DNA of 56,459 bases, filler included, from Catajapyx aquilonaris (GCA_000934665.2; 3 parts of 3 records of this genome joined end to end with filler, not necessarily neighbours in it); one strand, 5' to 3'; positions 1 through 12,862 are shown, counted from the first letter of the whole stretch. Numbers and translations are program-made. Notes: generated from the letters alone by a model not told the origin.

Positions 1-408
1 TATTGTAACCCGGTGGCAAGGAATCCAACGGCGGAAGTCCGACGTCTCTGCGACGCCGGGAAGTGCGAAATCTTTTTCATCCTATATCCTCCTCCTCCTC
101 GGCGTGGGGCTTTATATATATTAGATTAGATTGGGCTGTATACGTGAAGATAGGGTTGTATACGTGAAATAGGGCTGTATACGCTGACGATAGGGCTGTA
201 TCAGCGACGAGTGAAGGTTAGGTTAGGTTATGTTGGGTTAGTACATCGTACCGCTACCCCCTGCCCACATCACATCAAGCAGTGAAAATTAATATTCCAG
301 CACTGAAAATATAAACACGCTCGCCCACTCCACGCAATTGGTCATTTAACGGCGGCCTCACCTCTGCGCAGTATAAGAATCCCCATCGGAAGGAGCTATT
401 CCAGCGAT

Positions 409-480
409 GGCTGCCGTAGCCTAATGGTTAGCGCGCTGGCCGATAGATCATAAGGCTGCAAGTTCACGTCCGGCTGAGGC
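409..480 (+). repeat. tRNA-like (Pol III A/B box) head, probably a SINE or TE-associated remnant
   Basis: A-box-like TAGCCTAATGG and B-box-like GTTCACGTCC at tRNA spacing, followed by T runs; no clean acceptor stem. Confidence 0.35.
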
Positions 481-1123
481 TTCTTTTTTTCCCCTCCCTC
501 TTTTTTTCGTCGTCTTTTCTTATGTCTTTTTTTTTCACTCCGTTCCTCCTTATTTTTATCCAGGAATTTATTTAGTACCGTACAGTACCCTGCAGGAAGT
601 ATTGTCAGTCACGCGTCATTTTATGGCGAAAATGCAATGATACCGAGTCGCAGAATAGCGCAATAGCTGTAGCGGCTGCTGAGTAGCAGCTACACACCCC
701 GCACGATGGCGCGCAGGCGAGCCGTTTTTTACGTCGTTTTTTGCCGTTTTGTGCCGTTGTGCGCCTGTCTGGAGACGTTTGGTAGAAAGGTCGGTCCCTT
801 CATATTTCCAGCAGTACCAATGTGTAAGTATACAGTTGAATCGGGAACTTGTCTGCTATTTTCTGACTGCACAAATCCGCCCGCCTTTTCCCTCTCCTCG
901 CCTCAGGCGTCTCTTTCGTAATTTTAGGAGGGAGGCAATGTATACCCTGCCCTCCCACATTGTTACGCCAGCGCCACTGGCTGGCTACCTTGGGAGTAGC
1001 CAGACCTGGTAACCATGGTTGTGTGATGTTTAAATAAATTGTAAGGTGTCGAACCATCGCGTGAGCTCCTCGTCCTTCCCTCCCATCTGGAAGGACAGGG
1101 CCAGCGCCACTTACTATTTCAAG

Positions 1124-4100
1124 ATGTTTCCAGCTTCCGAGTCCGCCAAGCTACTCCAGGCATTCTCCGCATTCGAGGTAACAGAGAACTTTACACTTTC
1201 TTTCTGTCCAAATTCAACAGAGGCAATGGGGCTAAGAAAAACTGTACTCTCTCCTCCTGTTGCAGAGCTCAGTGCAGCAGGGCCAGTCGTACATACATAA
1301 TTTGCGTGACGACAATAAACCTGCTTCAGATGTGTGCTGCACTCTGCTCAAGCTATTGGTTGGACTCGAAATCGTGCAAATCGAATTGGTGAAACAAGCT
1401 AAGCTCTTCAAGAGGAAGCTGAGAGACGTATGGCTCGCTTACCAAAGGAAGCCAAAACCAGAACCAAAAGTGGATGATGAGGAAGGAGAGGATGGAAAAC
1501 CTCGCCTGATACTATCCAAGCTCATGATTAAGAGCTTACCAGATCCTCCTGAGGAAAGTTCCCATGGCGATGACGGGAATCGAGAGACAGTACGTCATTT
1601 AGTATTTCATTTTAATAATACAGCAGGGTCACCGAAATGGCTCGTTCTCATTGTTGCCAGGGGATTCTGGAATTATATACGCCAAACGTTTCATTTAGTC
1701 TGTGGCTTAAAGTGTCTTTCTGTTTCATTTAATAATATTACGCAATCATGCATATTTTGTTAAACCATTATTGTATAGACTATTTTGCTGTTTGACTATC
1801 TCTGAGTTTTGCGAACAGGGTGACCCTAAAGTCTGGACAAAACAATCAATCGTCTAACAACAATCTTCACTTCGAGGGAGGGGTTCAATTTCTGCCACAA
1901 GTTCTTGATAATTTCAAAGTTGCCCCTTAACCTTTATATTGATCACGGACTGAATTTTTTAAACCACAAAAAGTCTCTAAAGAAAATAATATTCCGGTAT
2001 GTATGTCAAAGTGACGTCAATTTAGCAATGATAATGTGTATTAAGAATATCATATTCTTGCCTAGACAAGAATATGAGATTCTTAATACATTATGATCTG
2101 GACAGGTGTGCGAATGGCCTCAGAAATACAATAAAACATCATAATCATGTAAATCAAAAGTGGTTGCTTACACGATGGTTAAATGATTCAGTGTACTGCG
2201 GTGCTTTTATCCAGCTTCATATTCATGCCTGCTCTTGATTTCTGAGTTATCTTGCCCGAGTTTTTGGGAATGAACTATGGGGGATAATGGGGATATGGGG
2301 ATATGGGAATGAACTTTGGGAATTGGCCGAGCATATGCAAAAGACCCACTTCAATTTGTACAACACAATGAAGACTCGGCTGATACAAAAAGTGGAAGAA
2401 ATAATGGCATCAGTGTTCCATGTGGTAAAACCAATATAGAGTAGTTCATTCATATTCCAGCAGGATTAGCTCATGAAGATGTCGATCTTTGTCCCATGAA
2501 AGTAGTACTTTTGCCCCTTGTAGACATTATTATTTTTGCTCCCCTTTTATTCTGACCTGACCAGATCATTTTCCCTGGTTTCTGGTGATATGTTGGTAAT
2601 GTATGATGCACAATTGTGACAATATTTGGTAGCATAAAGGAGCCATTCTTAGAGGTACCATTGTTGGCAATGCGCAATGGTACTGCTATGTTAGCAGGAA
2701 CTTTCACAACCAAACTAACTCTTTTCACCCTCCTAAATTTTGCAATTTTTCTGCTTGGCCTATATAGTGTTGTGCAAACATCACCTCTGCTGCTAATTTT
2801 CACGTCAAAATACAAGGCAAAAGGCGACATTCCGAAGCCACAACACTAGCAGCCGGTCGCGGGTCGCAGGTCCCGGTCGCCTCGACCGTGGCCGCGACTG
2901 TAGCGCGCTCTCTGGTGGCGCGAACGAGTAGAATATCACCTCACAGGCTTCGAAACCAATTTATGTAGCAATTTATGAATCAGATTTAATCATTTACATA
3001 TCAATGATATCAGTCGTGGCGACCCTCGACAGGATGCAGGTGTTGTGGCTTCGGAATATTGCCTTTTGGCTTGTATTTTGACCCTGCTAACGTGAAAATT
3101 AGCAGCAGAGGTGATGTTTGCACAACACTACAGGCCAAGCAGAATTATAAAATACAGAAAATTTCAAAATTTAGGAAGGTAAAAAGAGAGTTTGGTTGTC
3201 AGTGGGACAAAAATTCCACCCTTCGTAATTATTTTGCAGTTCTTCCGGCGCGGAGGCCGTCATTTTGTCATGTGACGGAATCGCTGTGCCCCATTGGCTC
3301 TTAATGACTTAGGTCGCGCAATTAGGGTCTTAGGCGATTTTGCCACAAATCGAATTTTTGAACCGTATGTAGGGTACCCACGAGATTAAAGCGCTCTTGT
3401 GAAATTTTTTACACCAACTTGTAAAGGGACACGGTGTTGCTATCTCAAATTTTATGAAAATTGACTTAGGGCCTGTTTCCACCGGCATCATTAGGCGTAT
3501 TCGGCAATTCAGGAATCTGACTTCCTGGGCTGTTTGGATGTTCGGCAAATCAGGTGCCACGCCCCCTGAAGTAAGTGCGCATGCGCCCTACCTGACTTCC
3601 CAAGCTCAGGAACTTAGTGTACTCCTGACCTGACTTACTTGCTGAGAAACAATTAACAAACAAATTATTGTTATGGATGCAGCAGTGTAGCCAATGCAAA
3701 ATGACCAAAAACCCCGCGAGAGGACCTGAAAATACCCGATTTTACCCGCATTTCCATTTTACCCGCACCATTACGCGCAAGCGTCCGAAATACGGCACCG
3801 AAATACCCGAACATTGGCATATCACTGGGATGCAGCACAGGCGGGTAGGGGGGTCTCTCAGTTCGGCCGTTCGGCAATAATCTTCTGAGGGGCAGGGCTA
3901 ACAACTCAGATATCACGTGACACATCTCAGAAAAATCTGAATTGCCGAATACGCCTATTTTCAAGCACAAAAAGAAAAGCACAAAAATGGAGCACAAAAT
4001 CAAACAAACTTTTTTGTTATTACTTTGTTACTTTATTACGATTAATCGCCTAGCAACAAAAAAAATTGTTCTGGCATGAATTTTGTCCAGAACAAAAATT

Positions 4101-4552
4101 ATGCCGGTGGAAACAGGCCTTGAGGCACTTTTGCCAACGAACTCTTCATGTTTCCTTCTGCCCATTTAAACTGCTGTAGTGTTGAAACTAAACCAGCCCA
4201 AACGCCCATATTCGAACACAAATCAGTACAAACACCGAAGCAGGTTGGTCGTTGGTGTAGTGGATATTGAGTCCGCCTGCTAATCGGGAGGTCCTGGGTT
4301 CGAATCCCGGGGCCGGCGACCCTGACCGTGGTTTTCTGTGGCTTTCCACGGCCCTCCCAGGATAATTCCGGGGTCGTTTCCGTAAAAACAGGTCACAGCC
4401 GCTTCCTTTCGTCCCTATCCCAAAAAGCAAATAAAATGAAAGCAAAGAGTTCCAGTCAAAACAAAAAATTTCCCCCCTAAAGAGCCCCCGGCTGATAATG
4501 GGGTATGAATTATTACTTATTTATTTATTTATTTTTATTATTAATTATTATT

Positions 4553-4622
<70 letters not shown>

Positions 4623-7600
4623 CAGTACAAACCGCGGGCTCAAACGATTGACACCGTTGAAATTTGGAAATTCGAATTTGGTGGGGCCAAGTGTTAACGA
4701 ACCTACAAAGATATATTGGTTCCTAGAGAAGCACAATCGAATGGCATAGTCGAATCGTGCAATTTCCATTTTGTGGGGACTGGTGACATGGACCTCATTC
4801 CTCACACAGAGTGGCAGATTGATTTTTTAAATGTCATAAGAGCATTGTTTTATGAAAATTCACCTTTCTCACATTGCAGACCACACTCGGTATGACCCGG
4901 CCTGAACAGATGGAGTTCTGGACTGTTCGAAAATTGGTGAAAACAGCTTGTGATCTTCTAGACGAAATGACAACAGGAATCAAAACAAATATATGCCAAT
5001 TAGCTGAGCATATGCAAAAGACCCACTTCAATTTGTACAACACAATGAAGACTCGGATGATACAAAAAGTGGAAGAAATAATGGCATCAGTGTTCCATGT
5101 GGTAAAACCAATATAGTTCTAGCAAGGTGTACTTTTTCATGTACATATTAAAATTTGAAATTATTTCCTGTTTACACATTTACAGGAGGACAATTGGGTG
5201 AATCCTAATCAAGCCATGGCCCTGTTACGTGAGTGGGCTGGTGCAATGGAGACACTACACTCCCAGTGGGTTACTATCGAGTGCCCTAACCTGGACACTT
5301 CTCTTAGAGAATTTCTCAAGCAGTGGCAGGAAAACCCCATTTTTACCCACAAAGTCGTAACTTCAGTGGAAATGAACACGAAGGCACTGCAAGATCACTT
5401 TGACCTTGAGCTATCTTTTGTCATTCGTGAAACCGCAAGTGATGTGAATCAAGTTTTTTTGCAAGGACAGGAATTCATGACTAGTTTAACAGTGCAAGGC
5501 ATCAGGTTACCTCTGGTACGTCATAATTGCTATCCCATCCATGTGTAGGGTAAACCATACAGTTACGGACCACCATACAGTAATGAGCTACTTATAGTAA
5601 TCTTATTTATGTTAATGTATGTAGTGAAAGTAGTGATCATTTTCGCCCATGGGTGGCTGCACTGCATTGTTGTACGAACGTTGTATACAATTTCTTCCTG
5701 GTTGGACTTTCATCAACGTCGCCATAGCCTCTCGTCTCTGGAGTCACTTCCATCAGGGTCACTTCACTAAGTAGTTGGTAAGGAGTAGCACTGCAGCTAG
5801 TGATACGTTACAAGGGTTTTCGTCACTCCAGGTTGCCGATGTCAATTTGCATGACTAGGGTAGACTCCATAGTTTCATATTTTGTAGATGATGAGTCAGT
5901 ATAGCTAGAATGAGTAGAAGGGGGTGGCGGCCCACAACTGTGTGGATCAAAACCATCACTTTACAATAATGGGCACACCCTACCCAAAACTGTATTTCGA
6001 GGTCGAATTTTAAAACTTGCTTTTCGAACCCCCCTCCCCCCCCCCCTTCATCTTTGGTCATCACTAAGCAACCCCACCCCTCACCCTAGAAGAGGATGAC
6101 GTAATGTGTGTTTTCAGTTACCTGTATATTAGCCAATATATTAGCCTACGCTTAGCCTGCATCATTTCATCCACTAGTGTCCCTCTGGACCCTACCCAAC
6201 ATGATGGAATAAGGGAAGACAGGGAGGTAGACTGTAGTGCTACTAGGGAGTGGGGGGAATAAAGTAGGCCTACCAATAAGGGTTAGCTAATAACTACTAT
6301 ATTACAATACGATACATAAATACAGCAAGGAGGAGAGGGTGAGATGGACAGGAAGGGACTAATTCGCAGGAGGGGGAAGGTGGGTGGTGAGGGAGGACTG
6401 GTATAAGACACCCCCAGAAGTGGGCAGGTAGGTGAATGTGACAATCATGAAGGAATTTCAAGTGGAAAAGTCATCTGTTCTTAACGAAATTCCTTGCCTG
6501 GCAGGCAGGTTCGGTAATTCCGGAGTAAATGCACCTTTCACGCAAATGACGAGAGAGGCTAGGAGGTGGTCATAAAAACTTGAAAAACTGCTGAGACAGT
6601 AGGAAACATTGCTGGGCAACACCCTGCACCACGAAAGTGCTGCAAACAATAATAGAGTCACTACAATTAGGTGGCCTACATCTGTCCCAAAGGCGGCCCA
6701 TAACTGTACTTTTGAGACTTTGGAAATCCTCATTACCAAAAATGACAGTAAAGGAGAATTTCAAAATTACAGTTGCTCATTGAAATAGAACATTCTGAAG
6801 ATTCAGAAAAAAATATCAAACTGCAGACGTAAATACTGTGGGTCATGTGACGATGTGAATTTGAAAAATGTCTTAAGAGGCCCATAACTGTATGGTTTAC
6901 CCTATGTCTCTTGTAATTAAGTGATTATCAGCCAGAATAAAAATTGGTCCCAGATTTGGATCAATTCTCACAATTTTTAAATTTGACACTTGCAAAAGAC
7001 AAGGATGGGGAGACCTTACCTGGCAGTGTAAAGAAAGATATTAGATTCGAGTCGGTGTACCCCATCAAACTACAAAATGATGGCTTTAATGATCATGGAA
7101 TTTATAGATGGGTCTGTGAACGAACGCAAGCAGATGGCCAATTTTATTACAGGTCGGAATTCAGTTTGTAATGTAATTCCTGTAATAAAATTGGCCACCC
7201 GCTTGCGTTCGTTCACCGACCCATCTATAGTAGGATAACTACGTAGCCTACCTTGTGATTGGACTTCGCGTTGATCTATTCATGCGAATCTATTGGCACT
7301 TGATGCATGCAATTTTATCTCTCCTATGTTGATCTAATTGCAGCAGAACATTATGTGTGCACACCCAGGAAAGAATCAGTCCTGTGGTCTGTGGATAGTC
7401 ACATGGATCGTCCCCTCCTGCCAATCCCACTCACCCTCTCCCTTGGACAATCAACAATCGGGTTACAGCTTCCATGTCCGAATTCTACAATATTGCATTA
7501 TTTGTGCCCTTGCTTGTGTTCATGACTAGCACCCATGAATACAACCACTTCTCCCCATGAACACAGGCAGGAAATCATACTTGTGAAAATGTTACTCCCT

Positions 7601-9089
7601 TGTGCTAGTTGTGAGTCATGAGCACACATGTGCTTAGGTATTTTATAGCTTGAATTGCCTTTGTTCCCACAAAAATATAATGTCCCCTTTTTGCTCACGT
7701 GTGACTTTCATATTGCATGACTCCAGCAGGACTCCAGTGCCATAAAGGGGTGCATGCAACCTACTAACACGAATCCAGATATGGCAATACATAATTTATT
7801 ATGTTGTCTTGCATTTCAATATATTGCAGATCACAGTGAATCTTGAACATGGACCGGAGATTCAAGGTGAGAAATACCAACCCCCAAGTACAGAAGAAAA
7901 CCGAGATTCATTTGATGCAATTTGGGACTCTAGAAATAAAATGAAGCAAGAACCACTGAAGGAGCCTGATGACACTGGTCCGTATGCGAGTCCTCCACGC
8001 CCAAGCACCCCCGAGTTGATGGCTGCTGTCGAAGATGCCGGAAGGACATATTACGAAACTACTAATTTCGGAAAGTTCGATGACATTTTCAGAAGTGCCT
8101 TCAATAAGGCCAAGGAAACTATCGCAAGTGGCAACAATAGTAGTGATGTCGCAAGTGGCAGCAGTGGTAATGTCGCAAGTGCCAACAATAGCAGGACAAG
8201 TATCGCAAGCAGTATCAGTGATGGAAGCAGTGCCAGTGATGGAAGCAGTGCCAGTGATGGAAGCAGTGCCAGTGATGGAAGCAGTGCCAGTGATGGAAGC
8301 AGTGCCAGTGATGAAAGCAGTGCTAGTGATGGAAGCAGTGCCAGTGATGGAAGCAGTGCCAGTGATGGAAGCAGTGCCAGTGATGGAAGCAGTGCCAGTG
8401 ATGGAAGCATTGCCAGTGATGGAAGCATTGCTAGTGATGGAAGCATTGCTAGTGATGGAAGCATTGCTAGTGATGGAAGCATTGCTAGTGATGGAAGCAG
8501 TGCTAGTGATGGAAGCAGTGCTAATGATGGAAGCAGTGCCAGTGATGGAAGCAGTGCCAGTGATGGACATAAAACTAACCCTAGTAATTGTAGTGCAAAC
8601 ATATCTGATGTAAGTGCCAGCTCCTCCAACTCCAGCATGAACCCCCCTCCTTCAAAAAGGCGCCCTACCAAATTCACGTGGGATGAAGCAGTCGAATACT
8701 TTGAAGTGCTCACAACCAAATCATACTACCCAGCTGACACCGCCGAGGACAACGAACCACGTCACCCCTTCCATCGTCGAGGTACAAGTGGCCCCGAAAT
8801 GCCTGAAGGTGATATGCTTCAGCTCTTTTTGACAAACATGGGCTTTGAAGGCTCTGAAGACGACGACGAAGAACTACTACAAGAACTACAAGAACTACAA
8901 GAACTACAAAAACAAGAAGAACAAGAAGAACAGGAACAAGAACAAGAACAAGAAGAACAGGAACAAGAACAAGAACAAGAAGAACAGGAACAAGAACAAG
9001 AAGAACAGGAACAAGAACAAGAAGAACAAGAAGAAGAAGAAGAAGAAGAAGAAGAAGAGCAAGAAGATGTTGAATTCCCAGAGTTCTAA
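1124..9089 (+). CDS. Spliced orphan gene, about 729 aa, with a low-complexity acidic C-terminus. Exons 1124-1177, 1266-1589, 4880-5101, 5186-5515, 7830-9089; possible extra exon 6932-7054 containing TAA
   Basis: Each open block is bounded by canonical GT/AG sites (gag|gtaaca, ttgcag|, aca|gtacgt, ttgcag|, gtg|gtaaaa, tttacag|, ctg|gtacgt, ttgcag|), all phase 0, joining into one frame. AATAAA at 9106-9111 follows the stop. The start codon is uncertain and no family was recognised. Confidence 0.65.
2321..2439 (+). repeat. Intronic duplicate of the 3' half of orphan exon 4880-5101, including its splice donor
   Basis: Near-identical to about 4999-5116 (gagcatatgcaaaagacccac...ccatgtggtaaaaccaatatag). 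Confidence 0.9.
2708..3198. mobile_element. Inverted-repeat (MITE/foldback-like) element
   Basis: About 2708-2847 is the imperfect reverse complement of about 3040-3198. Confidence 0.7.
3469..4120. mobile_element. PIF/Harbinger-like MITE
   Basis: TIRs GGGCCTGTTTCCACCGGCAT / ATGCCGGTGGAAACAGGCCT, flanked by TTA and TGA. Confidence 0.7.
4234..4618 (+). mobile_element. tRNA-derived SINE, family 1, tail type A, with (TAA)n end
   Basis: A box GGTGTAGTGG, B box GGTTCGAATCC, core shared with 4 other copies; 14-bp TSD AAATCAGTACAAAC at 4220-4233 and 4619-4632. Confidence 0.9.
5548..6902. mobile_element. Non-autonomous TIR DNA transposon with TA target duplication (Tc1/mariner/pogo-like), intronic
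   Basis: 24-bp TIR GGGTAAACCATACAGTTAYGGRCC with 2 mismatches, TA on both sides. Confidence 0.8.
7103..7229. repeat. Short hairpin/MITE with about 50-bp arms
   Basis: tatagatgggtc...ttattacagg versus cctgtaataa...gacccatctata. Confidence 0.75.
8217..8567 (+). repeat. Coding 18-nt minisatellite, about 19.5 units, encoding SDGSSA/SDGSIA
   Basis: AGTGATGGAAGCAGTGCC units in tandem inside ORF 7809-9089. Confidence 0.95.
8857..9068 (+). repeat. Coding GAA/CAA-rich repeat encoding an Asp/Glu/Gln tail
   Basis: GAACTACAA units, GAACAA units and (GAA)n at the end of the last exon. Confidence 0.9.
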
Positions 9090-9231
9090 AGCCAACAGGC
9101 ATGGTAATAAACAAGTTAATAGTGCCTCTGTTTTTAAATTTCATGACAAAACAATTCGTATGTCATAAATCAGCGGTACAAGATATTTCCACAATTTATC
9201 ACTAAATCTATCTCATCTTACACACTTTTAG

Positions 9232-9600
9232 TAATAAAAATAGGCAGTAAAACTGCAGAAAACTATTCTTCCTCTGATGGGTGAGATTAAAAGTGAGAAA
9301 CAAGTCCATAGGTGGGGGTTGGTTCGTGTCATAGGGATGTGTGATAATCAAATTTAATTCAAAACATTCGTGCTTTGGGGCTGGGAAGAATTAGGCAGAT
9401 ATCGCTTTTATGTACTTCTCCGACTCTCATACTCTGCCTCATTCTTCCCAGCCCCAAAGCACGAATGTTTTGAATTAAATTTAATTATCACACATCCCTA
9501 TGACACGAACCAAGCCCCACCTATGGACTTGTTTCTTACTTTTAATCTCACCCATCAGAGGAAGAATAGTTTTTTGCAGTTTTACTGCCTATTTTTATTT
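9232..9600. mobile_element. Foldback/MITE hairpin with about 165-bp arms
   Basis: About 9232-9399 is the reverse complement of about 9433-9600 with few mismatches. Confidence 0.8.
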
Positions 9601-10437
9601 AATTCTTTTCATCATCAGAATAAAGTGAAAACCTGCTCATGCCCCCCTTTCGTCCCAAAATGTTTCCCCCCTTCAACCTCCTGTGGGGGAAGTGGGCTCC
9701 AGACTGGGACCCCCCCTCCCAAGTATATCCGGTCTCGGTACAGAAAGTGAGCGACAGACACAAATCTGACACTTTCGAAATCGCCTTGTAGCTCAAAAAG
9801 TAAAGGTTTTTCTCAAAAAAAAGGTAGGCAGGAGGGCACCCCCTGGGAACATTGCGGTTCGAATAACAGATTGTATGACCCTCTACGACGCACCGTTTTG
9901 GAGGGGCTATGCATGGAGAAATTTCTCATACGAGACTTCTCATACTGGAAAGCTGAACAAATACAAATTTTCTACAGCAGGTTTATTTCATGGATGAGGC
10001 GACTTTTTTATTTGAATCATCAAGAACAATGTCTGTGGTGTAAATATCAGAGATATACAGCACCTACGGGATAGGATTGCAACGGTAACTCCAGATGTGA
10101 TTGATAGGGTTTGTCCCGACACCGAATACAGGCTTTTTAATCTGCCTAGCATAAATGAAGCTCATATCGAAAAAAAACTAACCTGAAGCCAAAACTATAG
10201 AGTATAGACCTTTCCTTAGTATTTCAAAACTTAAATCATTCAGATATGTCTGCAATTTTCCAGTTATAGGGTTTTTTTAAACGGGACATTCAATTTCGAT
10301 GACCCTGTATTTTATGCCGCGAGGAAAGGGCAGTTTACCACCTTGGATTGTGCAATTAGTGAAGGAAATTAATGTCGAAGTCTTTATATCTGAAGTTCAG
10401 GCCTATGCGCCTATCCCGATATTTGGGACGCATCAGT

Positions 10438-10507
10438 TGCCGAAAATACCGCCTCAGATCTTGAATAGTACATATACTATTCAAGATCTGAGGCGGTATT
10501 TTCGGCA
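10438..10507. repeat. Perfect hairpin, 33-bp stem and 4-nt loop
   Basis: TGCCGAAAATACCGCCTCAGATCTTGAATAGTA-cata-TACTATTCAAGATCTGAGGCGGTATTTTCGGCA. Confidence 0.95.
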
Positions 10508-10523
10508 GTGATGATGATGATGA

Positions 10524-12862
10524 TACGGTTGAATCCGGATATAACAACCTCGTCTATAACCGATCTCGATAATAGCAGACTCTAGAGGCTGGTCCCGGCA
10601 CACGTCCACATAATAATAATAGCATGTGTTTCTGCCGACACTACATTCAACTACTGCGTGTAAATTCATATTTCCCGCGCCTGCCTGGTGCTCCTGATGA
10701 CGTCACGCAAGGGAAGTAGGTAGTGCGCTCCCTCTGGCCGACAGCTTTTCGCCACCACAGTATGCAACTTGTACAGTACACTGATATTCGGTATGCTAAT
10801 GCATATACGTGGCCGAATATAAACTGAAAGTGCCCTAAGGCGTTCATTGATGCTCCCGGGTAGATCTACTCCTTCGTACTCCCAGGTAAATTTTACTCCT
10901 TATTAGGTATACCAAGAGCTAATAACTGAGAGCATGTGACAAGTCTTTTGCCGTGACTGAACCTCTGATGGACCAGGGAAGTGTTGAGATTAGTTTCCCT
11001 CTGGCGCGACTAGTCCGAACCAAGAAGGGTACCTTTGTCCCTCCCAGAGGCGTGGCTTCTTCAGGGGGTCAACTCTTTCTGTTCCTCATTTATCACCTTG
11101 GGTTGGGGTGGGTGCGAAGAAAGGCCCCAGGGCTCCTGGACTTTGACCCCCCCCCTCCCCCTGCCCAGAATGGTAGGCCCACGGAGTCACCAGGCATGTC
11201 AAAAGTAGATCTAGCATGATAACTCAAGTTTTCTTAATATACACATGGGTTTCCGTGGGCCTGTTTGTGACATGCCTGGTACGAATCGAGTATGAAAAGA
11301 TAGGTTTTCGACACCTTAGAATTCATATTTGCCGTCAAAAATGCAAAAAGGTGCGTCTTTAAAAAATTCTGCGGATTATTTTAAAAGGTTCATTCCGTAC
11401 CTGTGATAAGCCCGAGGGTAGATTAGGGGAAGGGTCTGACTTATCTGACCCCATCCCACGGAGTCAGACTCCCTTCCTAATCTACCATCCTCGGGCTTAT
11501 CACAGGTACGGAATGAACCTTTTAAAATAATTCGCAGAATTTTTTAAGGAAGCACCTTTTTGCATTTTTGACGTCAAATATGAATTCTAAGGTGTCGAAA
11601 ACCTACCTTTTCATACTCGATTCGTACCAGGCATGTCACACACAGGCCCACGGAAACCCATGTGTATATTAAGAAAACTTGTTGAAGTTATCATGCTAGA
11701 TCTACTTTTGACATGGCTGGTATGAATCAGGTATGAAAATATAGGTTTTCGACACCTTAGAATTCATATTTGCTGTCAAAAATGCAAAAGGGTGCATCTT
11801 CAAAAAAGTTAACGGATTAGTTTAGAAGGCCCACTACCNCCCCCCCCCCCCCCCCTGATATAAGCCCAAGGAAGGTAGATTAGGGTCCCACTTATCTGAC
11901 CCCCTCCTACTACCATGACCAGCCCAAACCCTTGCACTGTTGCAATTTACAGGTCTACAATTTTTTTTGAAGTTCATCATGTTCTGATTCCTACTATAGA
12001 TCCAAAAATGCACTTGTTATTGATTTTTATTTCAGTTTTGCCAACGACTAATAACAATCAAAACCGTGCCGTTTGCGATTTAACGCCAAACCTTAGATGA
12101 CGACTCGCAATGACAAGGAAATCCCAGGTGTTTGACCTCTTTTATTCCTGATCTGCCTGTCCTTGTCGTCCTTGACTTGAGGGTCTGGTATGTGCCCCCC
12201 GAGGGCATCGAGCCTATTTTCAGTATTTTGGGACCCCCCTCCCCAATAACCTTGAGTCCTTGACCCCGCAATCCCCCATCGACCACGGAGGAACTGGTCT
12301 CTGATTGGCCACTGGCCGAATGGGCAGGCCCTTCTTCCAAGGAGGGGGGGCTGCCTCAATCGCCGTGGTGGAGTGGTTGGGGGGTCGGGCGGGACTACCG
12401 TGATGACGACAGACGGGATATGTTCCCTCCCGTGTAAATCAGCTGCTTACATTTGGCCGTGGCCGTCTGGGGAGTCGCCAGTTCCGCGGAGAGGTTCGGG
12501 AACCAAGCAATACGGCAGGGATAGGGCACTCGGAGGCTCTCAGTTATTAGCTCTTGGGTATACTCGTATAGCCTACTCCTCGATACTCCTTGGTACTCTT
12601 TGGTACTCCAAGGTACTACTCCTTGGTACTCCTTGAATTTGGTACTTCGGTGTACACTTTACAGTCGAGTGAGTACGCCTACCCCCTCGGCGCACTACCT
12701 TCTTCCCTTGCGTGACGTCATTAGGCGCACCAGGCAGGCGCGGGGAATATGAATTTACACGCAGTTGAATGGAGTGTTGGCAGAAACACAGGCTATTATT
12801 ATTATGTGGAAGTGTGCCGAGACCAGCCTCTAGACTGTCTAGAGTCTGCTATTATCGAGATC
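10524..12862. mobile_element. Composite nested inverted-repeat element
   Basis: Outer arms about 10561-10728 and 12690-12862; a second pair about 10905-10933 and 12535-12562; inner hairpin about 11195-11715 with roughly 245-bp arms plus a third direct copy about 11710-11900. The left end resembles the CAGTTGAATCCGGATATA MITE terminus. Confidence 0.7.

Noticed and set aside
938..1008. Upstream ATG exon (MYTLPSH...) as the start of the orphan gene
   Set aside because: Splicing to 1046 puts it out of frame (early TGA); at most a 5' UTR exon or uORF
4234..4320. tRNA gene candidates here and at 13770-13844, 22270-22347, 24330-24405, 25785-25857 and 34250-34321
   Set aside because: Each continues into a shared SINE core, most with an A/TAA tail and TSD; the cloverleafs are degenerate
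4554..4805. Poly-Tyr ORF, also the poly-Ile ORF at 28577 and the Lys/Asn and Phe/Leu ORFs at 8845-9168
   Set aside because: Translations of microsatellites or alternative frames of the acidic repeat
8217..8567. Regular short repeat that could be taken for a CRISPR array
   Set aside because: Head-to-tail units with no unique spacers, eukaryotic context, no cas genes
7908..8719. Long overlapping ORFs in several frames (ITGTAS, VMEAVP, PSLALL repeats)
   Set aside because: By-products of the stop-free 18-nt minisatellite; only frame 7809-9089 has unique flanking coding sequence and a splice acceptor
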